Below are positions 11,200-23,317 of a stretch of 64,000 nt of DNA, piece by piece. The notes under the pieces were generated by a model, which searched no databases, was not told the DNA's origin, and was given only the letters and a program-made list of their open reading frames with translations. Position numbers and translations under genes: made by a program. The stretch comes from Azolla caroliniana (Eukaryota; Plantae; Polypodiophyta): contig JBHGNT010000014.1 in the NCBI GenBank assembly GCA_043228905.1, positions 6,696,001 through 6,760,000 of the forward strand, read 5' to 3'. Numbering within the stretch: position 1 is the first letter of the stretch; every line of letters starts with the position of its first letter.

Positions 11200-13300
11200 T
11201 TGCCTCCAAGGCTATCTCGGTTCCTTTCGTGATTAGCCTGCACCGTCAGGAATTAAACAGATCTTTGATTGTCAAGGCTCTTGACTCGCGCGAAGGATGA
11301 CAGGACGATGTGATATACGGTTGTCCAAGGATGAAAGGATGCAAAGTCGAGTCATGCACAAAAAAGTGTTGATCCATCTCCACATCCCCGATCGTGACTT
11401 TAACATTGGGGAAAGCTCCGTACAATTCCTCCATGGCCTTCATTTCCACTCGAATCTTCCATCCGTGGTTTATATTAATTGGCCATCTTCCTTTCTTGTA
11501 GAGCTCGATTGACATGAGATTGATTTACGAACCATGGTCAATCAAGGCTACAATGGTCTCTTTCTTCTCCCCGATCTTCACCGGCGTCTCCGTTGTCACT
11601 CTTGCCCAATGCGGCCGAGAGTAATGGTTGTCTGCCATCACTTCTTCTTCCTCGTCCTCTTTAGATCTTTCCATGGTTATGGCACTTGTTTTCTCCTCCT
11701 CTTCATCCGAATGTTACCGCTTCCGCTTACTCAAGTCCACGATAGTATCATGGAACTCCTTAGCGATCCGAAGCAGTTCTCTCAAAGTAAGGTCGACATG
11801 ACTGTCTAAAACCTTCTCTTCAAGGACCTTCCGCAAGTTAGTTGTTTGTTCTATGTCTGACCTTAGCTTGTAAGTCGGTGCCGCTCGTTCTTTTCCTTTC
11901 TTCACAGATTCATCCACTTCCATCCGAGAAGGTTGGCTCGATCCACCAGGCTTCATGCTTGTTTCTCCTATCCCTTTTCGCGGCGTAGGTTGGGCTTGCC
12001 CTTCTTTCCCTACGTCCCTCGTATTGTGATGCTTTGATGTGCCATCTTCTTCATCAGTTCTTTTCCTCTTCTGTTTGACAAGAGCTTCATAGTTGTCACA
12101 CACAACCTCCACAAAGCTTGTGTTATCGTCGATTGGATCCAACCATCCGATAACTCGTCACGCATTCCGATTAGCAAGTTTTAGATCCTTGAAATCGATT
12201 TTGCCTTTCTTTTCACACTCGAAGATTGTAGCCAAAACCAAGCTCCCGGCTTGATCGCCTTTAGATTCTCTCTTCCAACTCGTATCCCGGCCGATGAGGC
12301 ATAGTACATAGCTTCCACATGCCTTGCGTCATCATCCTCCACGATCTTTTCTAGCTCGCCTCTTCCGAAGTTCACTCATAGTGGCTTCCAGGTCTCAATT
12401 GAATGAATCATGTTGCCGTCCAAATAGACGACATTCCTGCAAATCGTGTCTTGCAAATCAATGTACTCCCTTCGCGAGTGCTCAAAGCTGTCGCACCACA
12501 CATATCTGTACGCTTCTTTTCCCTTGGGCCTGCGTCGACCGTAGTTGGCCAACGATACCGCTTCAAACTTCTTGGATAACTCTTCGATTATAGAGTCCTC
12601 CATCGCTTTCTTGTCGAAATTGTTGATCGACTTGTTAGGCTCGACCGTCACAGGTGCCTTCCTCCTCCACAATTGTGGATTCTCCGTATCAGTTTCCTCT
12701 TGCCATTGTCGACGCTTATCAAGACGGCTACAAGACTTCTTCTCTGCCACCCAATCCGCTACCAAGCCATTTGGTTGCGTTTCATCCTCCAAAAAACTGC
12801 CCAATTCTCGCCGGTCTTTCGCATCCACCGCCTTTAGGAATAACAAGACTTTATCTCCATCGAGAACTCGTTGATCAACACTCGGAAGTCGGTTGTACTT
12901 CTGGTCAAATTCCGCATATACTCTCGACGCACATAGATTCTTCCCTTTCTTCTCGATCCAAATCATTAGCGTATGCTGAGTCATCTGTGATGCGTCTTCA
13001 AGCATGTAATCAGCGAGAAGCACCTTTTTGAACTCTGCCCAAGTTGTGTGCTTGTTTTGGATCACCATGACGCGTTCGCGGATCCCTGGTTCCACCACAT
13101 GTTTGCAGCTAGAAATTTGTTTGAGATCGTTGACATCCCTCTACTGCATCTCGTTCTGATAGGTAGCAATGAAATCCGTGATGTTCTTTCCACCAAATTG
13201 TGCAGCTATCTCGACTGTCCAATCAACAGCATTGTCGATTAAAGCCTCTCGATCTCGCACCTTTAGCATGTATTCCACGATAGACACCATTACCTTTCGT
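11200..13300 (-). pseudogene. gag: Degenerate gag-protease of the Trp-primed Gypsy
   Basis: Fragments 12376-13098, 11714-12142 and 11246-11515 align with gag-PR of element 20468-27382 (VLLFLKAVD, IEQTTNLRKVLEE, WPININHGWKIR). Confidence 0.85.
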
Positions 13301-13382
13301 TAATTCCTCTCCTTGACTTCCGCTATTGTCGCACTTGATATCCTCTCTACCGCCTCTTCACGTCGGGTTCATCACTTAATTA

Positions 13383-14562
13383 TGATGTGAAAATCCGTCA
13401 CTATGAGCGGATCGTGAGGTGGTACCGCACGGGTTATGGACTGGAAGGAATTAGTGCTCACCCGTACAACACAAGCAAGATTTAAACATAAGACAAGTAC
13501 GTGGGAGAAAACGTTTGTTTCATGCAAAAGAAAATAGATTCTTTATAATTCTAGAATCATGTTACAATGGATTGTATATGAATATAAAAGATCATTCTTG
13601 AAAGAAAGGAGCCAACAACCATGTAAGGAGTGGTCCGATATCAATATGAGAGATTATTTTTTCCCCAACGAATGGGAGAGGGAAGAAGAGAAAAAGAAGA
13701 AGAGAGGAACATATACGGTGGTCATTGTTGATCCTCCTCCAATGTTAGTTTGCATGCCCACTTTTAGTTGCATGGCCTCTACTTTTAGTTGCATGGCTTT
13801 TTCTTTTCGTTGCATGTGATCATCCGTATAATTCGGCCACATGATCCAACATAAACTTCAACCCATGCATTCATACTTACTTCCCAGCCGATCCATGTGT
13901 TGTCCCGACCCATCCGAACCGTGCACCCACGATGGAGCCGCCAAGTCGTGAGTCCGTCCAAAACGTCCACACGACCGCACACGATCGTCCGTCTGAACCG
14001 TTCAGTTGCATGCGACCATTCGTATAATTCGGTCACATGATCCAACATAAAGTTCAGCCTATGCATTGGAACTTGCATCCCAACCGACCCATGCACGCAT
14101 CCCGCAATTGAGTCGTGCGTCTCTTCTGAACCGTGCACCTGCGATGGAACTGTCAAGCCATGAGTCTGTCCGAAATGTCCACACGACCACACGCGACCAT
14201 CCATCTGAACCATGCACATGACAGACATTGCGCCGTCAGAGCTACTCATCCACACAATTTAGCTCAAGTCACCTTGAACATTCTGTGATTCACACACAGA
14301 CATAAAATAATAGGTTATGGCTTTCTTGATATACTGTGGGATCCATTGTTGTCCTTTCTATGTGGGATATCTCCTAGTTTTGTTTTCTCAATCTTCTAAA
14401 ACTTTATACTTACATAACTTGATACTTAGTTGTTTGTTTCATGTGTCGTAAAATACGTTCGGAAGCTCTTGAAGAAGTCCATCTCTCCATATCAACTCAT
14501 TAACCTAATATTAAATAATTATTTTACTAGTTTTCATATTCTGTGTGAAAAATCACACGACA
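13383..14562 (-). repeat. 5' LTR of the deleted Trp-primed Gypsy, about 230 bp longer than the 3' LTR
   Basis: Homologous to 8572-9520 with an extra internal repeat unit (CGTATAATTCGG..CACATGATCCAACATAAA occurs twice). Confidence 0.88.
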
Positions 14563-15473
14563 CCGATAATAACCAAGAACCTGGTGTCGGTTGGTCAGAT
14601 TGTCGACCAAGGGACGCAAGTTAGAGTCACGCACCTTGGGTGCTACATCGAAGAGGAAGGCCAAATTATCGTGCAAGGGCGTCATGAAGGGAGGATGTTC
14701 ATCCTCGACACCAATCAAGCCGGAATCGCGCTATTCGCTAAAGGACAGAAGGTCGAGTCGGACATCGACCTATGGCACAAGTGGTTCAGCTACGTTAACT
14801 TCCCACGGCTTCGTGAAATGCAAACGAAGAACATTGTTTTCAGCTTGCCGAAGTTTCGGGGCCGTAATGGCCAAGTTTGCGAAGCCTGCCAACTCGGGAA
14901 GCAACACCAACTTCCATTCCCCAATGAGCGTAATCGTAGTCGAAATCTGCTAGATTTGATCCATTCGGATGTGTGGGGACTGGCACAGAAGATGAGTCTT
15001 GGTGGAGGTCATTACTTTGTAACCTTCATGGATGACTTCACTCGGCATACCTAGGCGTGCTTGATCACGAAAAAGAGCGAAGTCTTCGTGTGGTTCCTGA
15101 AGGGGAAAAACCTTGCGGAAAGGGAAATAGGGCGTAAGATCAAGTGCCTACGGTTCGATGGCGAGAAGGAGTACTTCTCGGACCAGTTCACGAGTTATCT
15201 ACAGAAAGAGGGAATTCGACACGAATTCTCATGTAGATATACGCCAAAGTAGTACGGCGTGGCCGAGCAGAAGAATCGGACTATCGAAGAAGCTGCTAGG
15301 GCAATGCTTGAAGAGAAGCATATGCCGAAGTTTTATTGGGCTGGACCCGTAAGGATGGCTGTTTACTTGTAGAATCGGACCTCTACTAATGGAGGAGTGT
15401 AGCCACACGAGTTGTATTTCGGAAAGAGGCTGAACTTGGCACTCTTGAGGATTGTCAGCAGCATTGTGTATGT

Positions 15474-15962
15474 TCTCAGGAATAGTGCGGAATATCGCTC
15501 GGCCACAACCAAGTATTGAATCACAGAAATGGGAAAGAACAAGAGAGTACACAGAAATGACACAAGATGTTTACGTGGAAAAACCGAATAGGGAAAAACC
15601 ACGGGAGTCCACGGACTCCAACTATCACTATGGGAGAAAGGTACAATCAGAGCCTCGGAGGCAACAATCTCGAGCTCTGTATCTTCGCCAACCGGCGGTT
15701 ACAAAAGAGTATATCTATGTATCTCACAATCTCTCTCTCTGTCGCTCTCTGTACAATAGTTACAACAGTATGACAACAACAACCATTTTCAAAGTGATTG
15801 CCCTAAGTCATATTTATACTTATATGAACTTAGGGCTATTTACAAATATAGCCTCAATAGGCTTACTGAAAACATATTTACAAATATGTCTTCTCTTCCG
15901 GTTCTCACCGAGTCCTCTTTATTCATCATAGGATCCCAACCGGAGAGACCGATTTCCCAACA
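15474..15962 (-). mobile_element. Solo LTR, Copia family L
   Basis: TSD TATGT at 15469-15473 and 15963-15967 inside host INT (SIVY|VHVP). Shares CTCGGCCACA and GCCCTAAGTCATATTTAT motifs with the LTRs at 28360, 34698, 41042 and 61721. Confidence 0.9.
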
Positions 15963-16622
15963 TATGTGCATGTGCCGAAGGAGAAGAGGAGGAAGTTGGA
16001 TGCGAAAGCTGAGAAGTGTATCTTGGTCGGTTATTCAGACGAGCTGAAGGGGTATAAGTGCTATAATCCCCAAACAAAGGAAGTTCGCGTAAGTCAAGAT
16101 GTTGTGTTCGACGAGTCCGCTTCGTGGTACTTGCCTTCACCTCCAATACGTCATGATTCCATTCTGAATTCTGAAGAAGAGGTTAGCAAGGCTGAGATGC
16201 CTCGGCGTGATGAGGATATCAGAGCTCTGACGGAGAGTCCGATCTCATTTCGGCTAAGTGGGCGAAATCAGGGGTTCGGCCGAGATGATCAACCAAATGA
16301 AGAGTTGGCGAGTAATGGAGACTCGGCCGTGTTGTCCCCGCATAAATAACCGAGGAGACGGTTTACGCATAAAGAAAAAGGGAAGAAGAAAATGTCGGAA
16401 TGCGATTTCGGCAGTGCTAAGTTAGATCGGAGTGAATCTGACTTCAGACCAATCGAGAAGAAACCTCCGCGGAAGGGGTCGAAATTGACCGAAAAGGTCG
16501 TGAAATCAGGTAATCACGAATTACGCCGATCTACCTGCCTAAAGAGCCTCGTAAAGAGGTAAGGGTACAATGAATACATGGTGCACCATTACGTGTACAT
16601 GACACATGTGGCGGAAGTACGT

Positions 16623-17324
16623 TGTCGTGCCCTTCGGCTCCGGATCGTTGCGTGAGTCGGGTGGGAACCACCGAGGTTTTTGACTAGGAGGAAGAGGAAT
16701 ACAACTTAAGGCTAGATATGAATAGTGGAAAGAGAAGTAAGATAGCAATCTCGTGAATCCCACGAGTTTAGTGTAATTAAAACAATATTTAGATTATAAG
16801 AGCAATTAGATGGCAAAATTCGTGAATCCCACGAATATATTAGATTGATCCCCTTGTATCTTAATCAACAACCATATACATATTTTTCTCCTCCTTATAT
16901 AAAGATGGAAGAGGCTAAGCATGGCTTCATGCTTTTTCACCTAAAGTGCCCATGCACACTAAATGTGCATGTGATGTTTTGTCATTTCCTAAATATAGGG
17001 CTCGTGCACGCTAGATGTGCATGAGTCACTTTTAATGTCACGTGTAAATAAAATATTCACACTCTAAAGAATACATGATTTTTACCTTTTAATAAAGGTA
17101 TGTGTAAATAAAGGTCTTATACGTATTAAATCTATATTTATAACACTAAAGATAAGTTATTACAATGGTAAAGTTGGGGTTTATCTACGTGGAGGTGCAT
17201 GGTTCGAATCCTGCCCTATGCACGTGATAAATTCTTTTGATATATTATTTATTTATTTATATGTATCTAAATTCGGATATATTATTTTATGGTTTTCACG
17301 TAGTGTGTGGAATACACTACGACA
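16623..17324 (-). mobile_element. Solo LTR, Gypsy (related to the Trp-primed group)
   Basis: TGTCG..CGACA ends; 4-bp TSD ACGT/ACTT restores host AEVR|EPES; TATA on the minus strand at about 16895. Confidence 0.85.
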
Positions 17325-19385
17325 ACTTGAGCCGGAGAGCTACACAGAAGTGGCTAAAGACGCAAACTGGTGTGCCGCGATGGAGGAAGAGATGCACAGA
17401 TTATCGGACAATGGGACTTGGGACTTGGTTGACGCACCTAAAGGTGTTAAGCCAATTGGATGCAGATGGGTGTTTAAGGTGAAATACAACACCGACGGCT
17501 CGGTCAACTGATATAAGACTCGTTTGATTGCGAAAGGCTACGCGCAAAAGCACGACATAGATTACGACGAGACCTTTGCCCTAGTTGCGAAGATGACTAC
17601 CGTGCAGTTCTGCTAGTCGTAGCTACAAGGAATGGGTCACATCTATATTAGATGGATGTAAAGATTGTGTTCTTGCAAGGTGATCTTGAGGAACAAGTGT
17701 ACATGGTACAACCCCCCGGATTTCTATTTGAACAGAACATTTTGGTAGTCTGTCGATTGAAGAAGGCGTTATACAAACTTAAACAAGCCCCGCGAGCTTG
17801 GAACGCGAAGATTACGCAACGGTTGCATAGAATGGAGTTTACGACATCAAAGTCGAACTCTTCATTGTTCGTTCGGCAAGGTCGACATGGACCGGTTTGT
17901 CTTTTACTTTATGTTGATGATTTAGTCATCGCCATGCCGACCTGGAAGAAATCAGCCGTGTAAAGTCTCAACTTGCGGCATCGTTCGAAATGAAGGATCT
18001 TGGCAATATTCATTACTTCCTTAGGATCGAAGTGATCCGTTCCCCCGAAGGTATATTGATCAGTCAACGTCATTACGTGCTGAATATGCTCTCCAAGTTC
18101 GGGATGGCAGATTGTAATCCCATCTCGACCCCTCTGGATAGAAATGTAAAGCTTCGCCAAGATTCGGGAAAGGCGTGCGACCCGACACGGTTTCGAAAGA
18201 TCGTCGGAAGCCTCATCTACTTGACGATCACTCGGCCCAACCTCAGCTATCCAGTCTGAATGATCAATCAATTTATGTTGCTACCCACGACTGAACACCT
18301 TCAGTGCGCGCAAAGGATATTACAATATGTTAGCGGCACGAAAGACCTTGCGTTATTGTATCGTGCAGATGTAGTCGAGTAGTTAGTCGGCCACACGAAT
18401 GCAGATTGGACTGGAAATGCCCATGATCATAGATCCTTATCCGGATACGCATTCTCATTGGGAAGTGCGGTGATCGCGTGGAGTAGTAAGAAGCAGTTGA
18501 TAGTAGCACTATCAAGCACACAGGCCGGATATCGAGGGACGACTGTCGCTACGTGTGAAGTCATTTGGCTGAAACGACTATTACAGGATCTACATGTAGA
18601 GGTGTCCGATCCAATGACGATCTATGGCAACAACCTCAACAGCATCCACCTTGCAAAAAACCCTATATTCCACGCTCAGACCAAGCACATTGAGGTGTAC
18701 TACCATTTTGTCGACGAGCGTGTCCTCTCTAGTGAAGTTGAACTGTCGTATGTTCCGACGAGTTGGCAGATTGCTGACATCTCCACCAAGCCCCTTGGTC
18801 TCGACAAGTTACGACATTTCTTGGTTGAGCTGGGTTTGCGGCACCTCGACATGCCGAACTTGAGGGGGAGATAGGAACAGGAACAAGAGCGTGAAAGGAG
18901 CGGTTGTAACCGCGATGCCAAATTGGATGAAGAATTCAATTTCTGGTCGGCTGAAGAAGCCGAAGAAGAGAACAGGGGCCGTAATCGCGAGGAAGAGCCG
19001 AAGATACCCGAACAAAGGGGAAACAAAGCCAAGAAAGCTGTAAAGTCCAAGACTAAGACATGGGCCTGAAGACAGAAGGCGAATTGGAGACAGCCAATTC
19101 GGGTAAAAGCGGGAATGAATCGGAAATGTTCGATTCGGGTGAAAGCAGGAATGAATCGGAATGAATCAACTGAGGGCCAAGCGGATAAAAGGGCAGCGAA
19201 AGAGGCGCCAACACCGTGATAGCAAGGGAGCTAAGAAAGGCCGCATGAGCAGAAAAACCGACCGAAAGGATCGAAGCGAGCAGAATTGAACAGGTCGAGG
19301 AGTGCGAGCGAGGCATGAAGCCAAGAGAGGCCGGAGCGAAGATACGGAAAAGCATATGGAACCTCAAGTTGAGCTTGAGGGGGAG

Positions 19386-19790
19386 TGTTGAGAGACAAGC
19401 TCAGCATTGGGAGCGTAAATGGGTGCGTAACCCACTGCGTAGACTAGGTACGTAAAACCGCGTGCAAAATATGGCCGTAGCGGTATGTAAACCAAGAGAA
19501 CGTTAGAATGTTATTCCTTGTAAGGAATAATTTGGGGGGTAAGTGTAGGATGCTCATTTATGAGCAATCAAGTACTGTAAGTACTTGTGTCAGCCCGATA
19601 GTCAGAAGTATGTACGGAGAACATATAGAGAATTATTTTTTAATATAGTTACGTTTTGTGCTCTCTCTCTCTCTCTTTGTCTCTCCCTCTCCTTCTCTAT
19701 GATTTCTGTGTTTTACCGAACTGTCGTAGTTCTGAACCGTTTGCTCAGTGTCTTATTACGCATACACTTTCGCACACGTATTCTTTTACA
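19386..19790 (+). repeat. 3' LTR of Copia family C
   Basis: Preceded by PPT TTGAGGGGGAG; TGTTG..TTACA; homologous to 36662-37093 (reverse complement). Confidence 0.88.
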
Positions 19791-20467
19791 ATAACTGTTA
19801 TCGCTGGACTACTAGTGTCCACTATTGTCGGTCCTTTCTCTGGGTTGGAGAAGAATGTTGGTGTCGGCTCCGTGTTTTGTGATGTTACCACCAATTTATG
19901 TCTATCTGTAAATCAGGGAACTAGTCCAGAAATCCAGTACCGTGCACATTGTTCGGAGGGGTTCCCAGAGTGCAACCAAAAATACTGACTTCGCCTCATC
20001 TTCTAGAGGTGCTCGAGTTAGTTGGTTGTGCGACGTCTAGAACTGGATGACAAACTGTGGGACCGTTTCCTGTTTCTCCTGATACGTCGTGTAGAATTGG
20101 CTAACCAATTCTCTCTATTCTACCTGTCGGTGGAACAATCGCAGGAATTTAGTTTTGAGGGTATCAAATGTGGCAAATCTACAGGGCATGTGCTTTGCAT
20201 GCCACCATGTTGTCGGTCCGTCCAGTGTCATGCCGAATTCCACAATCTTGGAACGTTCGCCTTCCACATCCGTGAAGCATTGCGAGACATGGTTAGCTTC
20301 CCATGTCTGCAAGAAGGCAAACACGTGGGCTTTCGCGTATGGGTTATCTCGGTACTTTGCGTATGGGTACGTCATGATGTCTTCTTCGGACGGTTGTGCT
20401 AGGGATGACATCAGTATCCGATCCTCTTCTTCCTCTGTCTTCCGGTTTGGTGGTGGCGTTGGTACGC

Positions 20468-21094
20468 TGTCGTGAAGAAAACCGTCCACGAGCGGAATCC
20501 GTGCACCGGAGCGTAGAAACCGACTCTTCATGCACGTGCGCCTTAAGTTGTACATAGGAGATCCTAGGTAGATTCGGTGGGTAGGAAGTTAGGGGGGGGA
20601 GAAACGGCTCCTTCCCTGCCTATAAAAGGAGGGAGACGCGAAAGAGGAGGGATCGCGGAGAGTCGAGGACGAAGTGCTGTCGGTTGCGTGCGAAGGCTTC
20701 TCTCTCTCTCTCTCTCTGGTTCGCAAACTCCATAGCTTCCTTCTGTGCAGGTTTCGGGAGGCTCGCGCTGCTCTGAGGAATGCCCGAGTGCTTCCGGTAG
20801 CACCTCCAGCCTGCTCCTGCCTTTCTGTGCGTTTATGAACAGGTATCGGCATCTGTTCGCCGGCCTGTTCGGTTGTAACCGACTCTGTGTTGTGTTGTTT
20901 GTTGTTTGTTAATACATACATACGTTTGTGTCTTCCTGTGTCGCTGTCCCACTCGCGTCCTTGCGTCGAAGGGCCGTGTCCCTGTGAATCTACTCTCGCA
21001 CGTAGTGGGCATCTTCTCCTTTCTTTCTTGCTCTTTGGTACAGGACCCCTGCGGTCCCGCCTCATTCCACGTATCCGCGAGGAAAACCTCGACA
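20468..21094 (+). repeat. 5' LTR
   Basis: TGTCG..CGACA; TATAAAA at about 20621. Confidence 0.95.
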
Positions 21095-21097
21095 TCT

Positions 21098-21115
21098 TGG
21101 TGAACCCGACGTGAA
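21098..21115 (+). promoter_or_regulatory. Primer binding site, tRNA-Trp
   Basis: TGGTGAACCCGACGTGAA is complementary to the 3' end of plant cytosolic tRNA-Trp as recalled (..UUCACGUCGGGUUCACCA). Confidence 0.88.
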
Positions 21116-21137
21116 GGAGGCGGTAGAAGAGCAGAAG

Positions 21138-23213
21138 ATGAAAGGGTCGGATCTTGCAGAGGCCATGGCTTCAGCCGTGGATCGGATACTGAGCGCACGC
21201 GAGGGCTCCGGCGCCCTCGACAGAGCCATTGAGGCGGTCGTCGGTACGATCGGCCGGTTCAGCGGAAAGGATGCCACGAAGTATTTGGCGTCTTGCCGGG
21301 TTTCCTCGAGTGACGATGCCGAGCATCCATGCGGAGGTGCTCGAGGTGCAGGCGGAGAGCCGTACCTGGGAGGAGTTCGAAGGCCGACTCCTAGAAAAAT
21401 ACGGGCTGGACGACGCGCTCCGGCTTTCGAAAAGGGACTTCATGGAATGGGTGGAGTTCCCCGGCAAGGGAAGAAACGCGACGGCACTCCTCCGGGAGTT
21501 CGAAGAACGCTTTGCGCGCCTTTCGGCGCTTGACCGAACCGTTCTGGATACGAGTCGGGTCCTACTGTTCGTCAAGTCGGTGGACGAGCGGGACCGGGAC
21601 CAAGTCGGCTCCCTGCTGGAGACCGAGGACGGGCTGACAGCCGACTGGGCTGCGGTTAAGAGAGTCTGTGGCCGTTTCGATAAACGGCGAGAATGGGCTG
21701 ACAACGGGGCGGCAGGTGCAGGCTCTGTCACAACAAGGAGGCTTGAACCGGCACCGCAAGTGCGAAGGGAAGAGACCCGGGAATGGCTCGAAACCGGTCC
21801 GGCTTCGACCGGCATGGTCAATGGCTCGTCCGGAGGAGCAGCGCTTGAGGAGTTGACGCGGGCGATAAAGGATCTCCAGATCGCCCAGGCTTGAAGGGAA
21901 GGCGGCGAACCGGCTCGTGACCGACGGCCAGCAGTAGGGAATTGGTGCATGTGGTGCGACGAGGTCGGCCACATCCGGAAGGACTGCGGCGATTTTGCAG
22001 AAGCATTGAGGAACCGGGTGGTGTACCTGTGGGAAGGCCGGGTGCACGCCGGCGACACCAGAAGGACCCTAAACCGAAACGACGGACGAGGAGGTATGAA
22101 GAGACTGATGGAAGAGGCAGCGGCCCGACACGTGGAGGCCATCCACTACTCGGCGTCGGCCGGCATTCGGGTCGGGGGCAGCGAGGCCCGAAAGGAGGGC
22201 AAAGACGGATTCTGGTCGGCAATGATGCAAGGTCTTGCCGGCGCACGGTTGAAGAAGGATGAATCGGACCGCGCTGAGAGACGGGTCCGGGAAATAACGG
22301 GGTGGAGCGATCCGGTCGAGGAGAAGACGGGCTTCGTAGAAGCCGCCTGCCAGAACTACGAGGCTCTGGTAGAAGACAAGCGAGTGGGGAAAGCCGGAGC
22401 GGCTGGGCCCTCACAACGATACGAGACCCGATTCGGGCAACGACGGAACGATGCCGGCGGGTCCAGCTCGCAAGATAACCCCAGGAAGGGCGGATACCGA
22501 CTGGGGACGGAGATAGAAAGGACTACGGACCTACGAAAGGTCCTAGAAGAACGGATCCTCGACAGCAAAGTGGAGCTGACATTGCGAGAGGTGTTAGGGA
22601 TCGCCAAGAAGGAGTTCCACGACTCCATTGTAGACTTGGTGAAACGGAAGAGGCTGTCGACGGAGACAAATCCGGAAAGACCGGTAGAGGTGCGGACGAC
22701 GCACATCGACGACTCGGCGCTGGCAGATGAGTGGGCGGAGAGCCACTATTCGAGGCCACACTGGGGCCGAGCGACCACGGAGACCCCGGTAAAGATCGGA
22801 GAGGTTCAGGAACCGGTGGTGGCACTGGTGGACCACGGTTCGGAAATAAAGCTGATGTCCATGGACTTCTATAAGAAGGGGAAGTGGCCGATCAACACCA
22901 AGCACGGGTGGAAGATACGGGCGGCGACGCGCGCCACCAAGGAACTGCATGGGGCCTGCCCGAACGTGCGAGTCAAGATCGACGACGTCGAGATTGACCA
23001 GCACTTCTTCGTACAGGAGACGTCCTCGCACCCGGTCATATTAGGGGAACCATACATCACGGCGGCTCGAATGGAGACCAAGGTGCTAGACAACGGTTCG
23101 GCCTACGCAAGGGTCAAAAGCCAGGACGGGCTTCGGTCCAATTTCTGACCGTGAGACCGAACCACGAGAGGAACCGCGAATCCCTCGGTGGCGAGAACCG
23201 GGAGGATTTTTAG
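21138..23213 (+). pseudogene. gag: gag-protease ORF (CCHC knuckle CMWCDEVGHIRKDC, protease LVDHGSE)
   Basis: Interrupted by an apparent deletion at about 21290, TGA at 21892 and a frameshift at about 23130; natural end ..EDF* at 23213. Confidence 0.88.
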
Positions 23214-23270
23214 AGAGGGCTGCCAAGGCGTGGGGCCGAGACAGTCCGGACACTCGGGAAAGACCCCACG
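23204..23270 (+). promoter_or_regulatory. Putative -1 frameshift site G_GAU_UUU with H-type pseudoknot
   Basis: The -1 frame is open into ORF 23318. Stem 1 GGGCTGCC/GACAGTCC; loop CGTGGGG pairs with CCCCACG (23264-23270). Conserved at 11130-11193 (-). Confidence 0.75.
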
Positions 23271-23317
23271 ACTGTACGATAGGTAGGAAATTTTGCTTCT
23301 CCAACAATGGAGGGTGT

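Larger units (their letters stand above)
8572..14562 (-). mobile_element. Internally deleted tRNA-Trp-primed Gypsy (Phygy-like non-chromovirus), nested in Copia C
   Basis: LTRs 8572-9520 and 13383-14562; PPT (GGTGGGGGTGAA) next to 9520; degenerate Trp PBS (TGATGAACCCGACGTGAA) at about 13357-13374; gag/PR remnants; RT-RH deleted; flanks CCGT/CCGA. Confidence 0.9.
7599..19790 (+). mobile_element. Degenerate Ty1/Copia element (family C), split by three nested insertions; 5' end not seen
   Basis: Gag/zinc knuckle (CCYCGKKGH), GAG-pre-INT (DLWHK), INT (HSDVWG), RT (LLLYVDD) and RH (TKHIEV) in Copia order across 7599-8571, 14563-15473, 15963-16622 and 17325-18874, with many stops. PPT plus 3' LTR 19386-19790. 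Confidence 0.9.

Noticed and set aside
17156-17217. Genuine tRNA gene (also at 1496, 2274, 7535, 48992)
   Set aside because: No convincing 7-bp acceptor stem or anticodon arm; only A/B-box and T-arm resemblance, so reported as tRNA-like cassettes.
21171-22825. Long minus-strand ORFs (323, 198, 161 aa)
   Set aside because: Antisense shadows of GC-rich gag with no domain motifs.
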